Below, piece after piece: positions 38,481-41,255 of a stretch of 41,255 nucleotides of DNA (its first letter is position 1; the number at the start of each line of letters is the position of its first letter). The notes beneath the pieces were generated by a model, which saw only the letters and a program-made list of their open reading frames with translations, did no database searches and was not told the DNA's origin. The stretch is taken from assembly GCF_001194135.2 (NCBI RefSeq), contig NC_068985.1, positions 102,839,944-102,881,198 of the forward strand, read 5' to 3'. Origin of the DNA: Octopus bimaculoides. Its lineage: Eukaryota. Both the position numbers and the translations under genes were made by a program.

Positions 38481-38899
38481 AAAAGGGAATGGAAGGAGGA
38501 AGACGAGTGGAGGGTAGCGCACAATGTCACCGTGTACGTGTGAAGGTGTTATAACAATGATTATAAATACGATGATGGCGTAATGAAGATTACATAATAT
38601 CTGTCAGCGCATATGTAGGTGTGATTATGATAATATTAATAATAATGAAGATAATTACATTACGATGATAAAGTGTGATGGGTTTTATGTTACCAAATGA
38701 ATGAAAATTTGTCACAATGATAGCAATAATGATGACTTCATTACATAATGTCTGTTTCTAAGTGAACTGTGATGATGATGAGGACAATGTATATCAAGGT
38801 GTAATGTGTTTGTAAGGTGAGTGTAAGATTGAACGAGGGCGTAGGTGATGAAGAGGAAATAACAGGATGGTGGGCGGTAGGTGGGTGATGAGTGCATTC

Positions 38900-39420
38900 G
38901 TGTGTGTAAATGAGCTTCCCCAACAAGTGGTCTTTGATTCAGTCCCACTGCGCGAAAGGCTGGAGAAATGCCTTCTGCTATCACCCCAGGTCGGCCAAAG
39001 CCTTGTGAGTGGATTTGGTAAACGGAAACTGAAAGAAGCCCGTCGTATATATATGTGTATGTGTGGGGGTAAGAGAGAGGGGGGAGAAAGAATGTGTGTA
39101 TATGAGAGAGAGTGAAAGTGTGTGTACAGTATGCGCGTGTCTGTGTATGTTCGTGTTTCTGCGTGTGCGTTTGTGTGTATGTGTGTGTGCCTGTGTGTTT
39201 GTATGTGTGCGTGTCTGTGAGTGCATGATTGTATTTTTGTTGTCTTTGTTACCCACTATCACTTGACGACTAGTGTTGGTTTGTTTACGTCCTCTTAACT
39301 TGGTGGTTTGGTAACGTGTCCCACAGAATAAGTACCAGCTTTATGAAAATAAGTACTACAGTCGATTTAACACAGTGTCCCAACGTAACCGCAGTCTAAT
39401 GACTAAAATAAGTGAAAGAT
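38900..39420 (+). mobile_element. Full-length diverged copy of the same tRNA-derived SINE
   Basis: CAGTCCCACTGCG...GCCTTGTGAGTGGATTTGGTAAACGGAAACTGAAAGAAGCCCGTCG, then (TG)-rich linker, then GTGTTGGTTTGTTTACGTCC...AATAAGTAC...ATGACTAAAATAAG. Confidence 0.8.
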
Positions 39421-39425
39421 AAGGT

Positions 39426-39479
<54 letters not shown>

Positions 39480-40169
39480 CATTTCTTTTATTAGCCACAC
39501 AGGGCTCAACGAAGATGGGACAAATACAATGTAGAGCTTTTCTTTTTGGGAGGGGGAAGGAAAAGANNNNNNNNNNNNNNNNNNNNNNNNNNNNNNNNNN
39601 NNNNNNNNNNNNNNNNNNNNNNNNNNNNNNNNNNNNNNNNNNNNNNNNNNNNNNNNNNNNNNNNNNNNNNNNNNNNNNNNNNNNNNNNNNNNNNNNNNNN
39701 NNNNNNNNNNNNNNNNNNNNNNNNNNNNNNNNNNNNNNNNNNNNNNNNNNNNNNNNNNNNNNNNNNNNNNNNNNNNNNNNNNNNNNNNNNNNNNNNNNNN
39801 NNNNNNNNNNNNNNNNNNNNNNNNNNNNNNNNNNNNNNNNNNNNNNNNNNNNNNNNNNNNNNNNNNNNNNNNNNNNNNNNNNNNNNNNNNNNNNNNNNNN
39901 NNNNNNNNNNNNNNNNNNNNNNNNNNNNNNNNNNNNNNNNNNNNNNNNNNNNNNNNNNNNNNNNNNNNNNNNNNNNNNNNNNNNNNNNNNNNNNNNNNNN
40001 NNNNNNNNNNNNNNNNNNNNNNNNNNNNNNNNNNNNNNNNNNNNNNNNNNNNNNNNNNNNNNNNNNNNNNNNNNNNNNNNNNNNNNNNNNNNNNNNNNNN
40101 NNNNNNNNNNNNNNNNNNNNNNNNNNNNNNNNNNNNNNNNNNNNNNNNNNNNNNNNNNNNNNNTAAGGT

Positions 40170-40223
<54 letters not shown>

Positions 40224-41255
40224 TCTTTTTATGATAGCCACACAGGGCTAAACACAGAAATTGGACGAAATACAAACGTAGAGTTTTTTCATTTTCGAGG
40301 TGGGGTGGGTGGGATGCACAAAGAAAAGTCAAATCAATAGGGATTGAAATCGTTGGGGTGTGTGGTGTACAAAAATTATAATTTTCCCAAAAAAACGGGA
40401 ATAAATAATGTTCACAGTTTAGGTGTACCCTTGGAGAGAAAAACCTCAGGCAGTTCAAAATGTAGACAGATAGATAGAAAGAGAGAGAGAGAGAGACGGA
40501 CGGACGGATGGATACATACATATAAATGTGTTGACTCACTGAAAAATGATAAATTGCATAACTCAATACATTAGCGCTAAGTATTCTTTGATATATAACA
40601 AATAAATAGCTCTAAATTCCAGTACGCTCGGTTACATGAATCCGATCGTTCAGAGGGTAATCAGAGACTTCGTTCCCTTAGAAATATTGGATGTTTGGAT
40701 ATATTTTTGAAATATTATTTGAATTCTATGAAGGAAACCGTGGGTAAATGGTTATATAAGCGTGTGAAGGAGAATTCTAAAATAGGAAATGCAGTTTTAG
40801 CAGTAGTCAAATATATCGCTTTCTATGACGTGACAAGAATTTTTTTTCTTTTTTTTTTATCTACTTCGGTATTTGAAACCAGGACCTAAATAGCTGGAAC
40901 GAGTGCTGCGGGACAATTTTTTTTTTTTTCCTCGATGCTCAAACAAGTTTGCCAAACTATATTTGTAAGTAAATGCGGTGTCCATTACGAATCAATGAGT
41001 ATGGATGCGTATGCATGATAATTGTGATGGCGATCATGAGGAGTAATAGAAGGAGGAGAAGAAGAAGGCGGGGTTTTGGAAATTCACGAGATGAGGCGAA
41101 GACGGGAAGGACGTGGTAAAGGAATATTACAGTAAATGTCTAATTAAATATGCGCAAATATGACGTCATATAAATGTTTGGTTAGTAAGTTTTGTGTCTG
41201 GGAAACGAAGAATGACTGATCTACCTTAAGCGTACATGGTATGTATGTATGCATA

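Overview
AT-rich eukaryotic scaffold, very dense in microsatellites, with 13 N-gaps. The SINE family resembles those I recall from Octopus, so it is probably cephalopod (inference). Nearly all ORF-track entries are artefacts of (TA)n/(CA)n/(GATA)n repeats and N-runs. Mobile-element content: about 15 SINE copies, two fragments of a CR1-group LINE, a split R4/Dong retrotransposon end, three Penelope-like ends with hammerhead-like cores, a Tc1-type MITE and a roughly 300-bp palindrome. The main discovery is a spliced + strand gene missed by the ORF track. Four frame-compatible exons (27700-27789, 31956-32000, 33243-33317, 34277-34398), joined by phase-1 introns, give a 110-aa helical C-terminal region. 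By eye its helix spacing and hydrophobic pattern match helices B, C and D of IL-6-type class-I four-helix cytokines. Weaker upstream exons (25731-26671) could supply a signal peptide and helix A. The cytokine call is a manual inference and needs RNA-seq and structure prediction.
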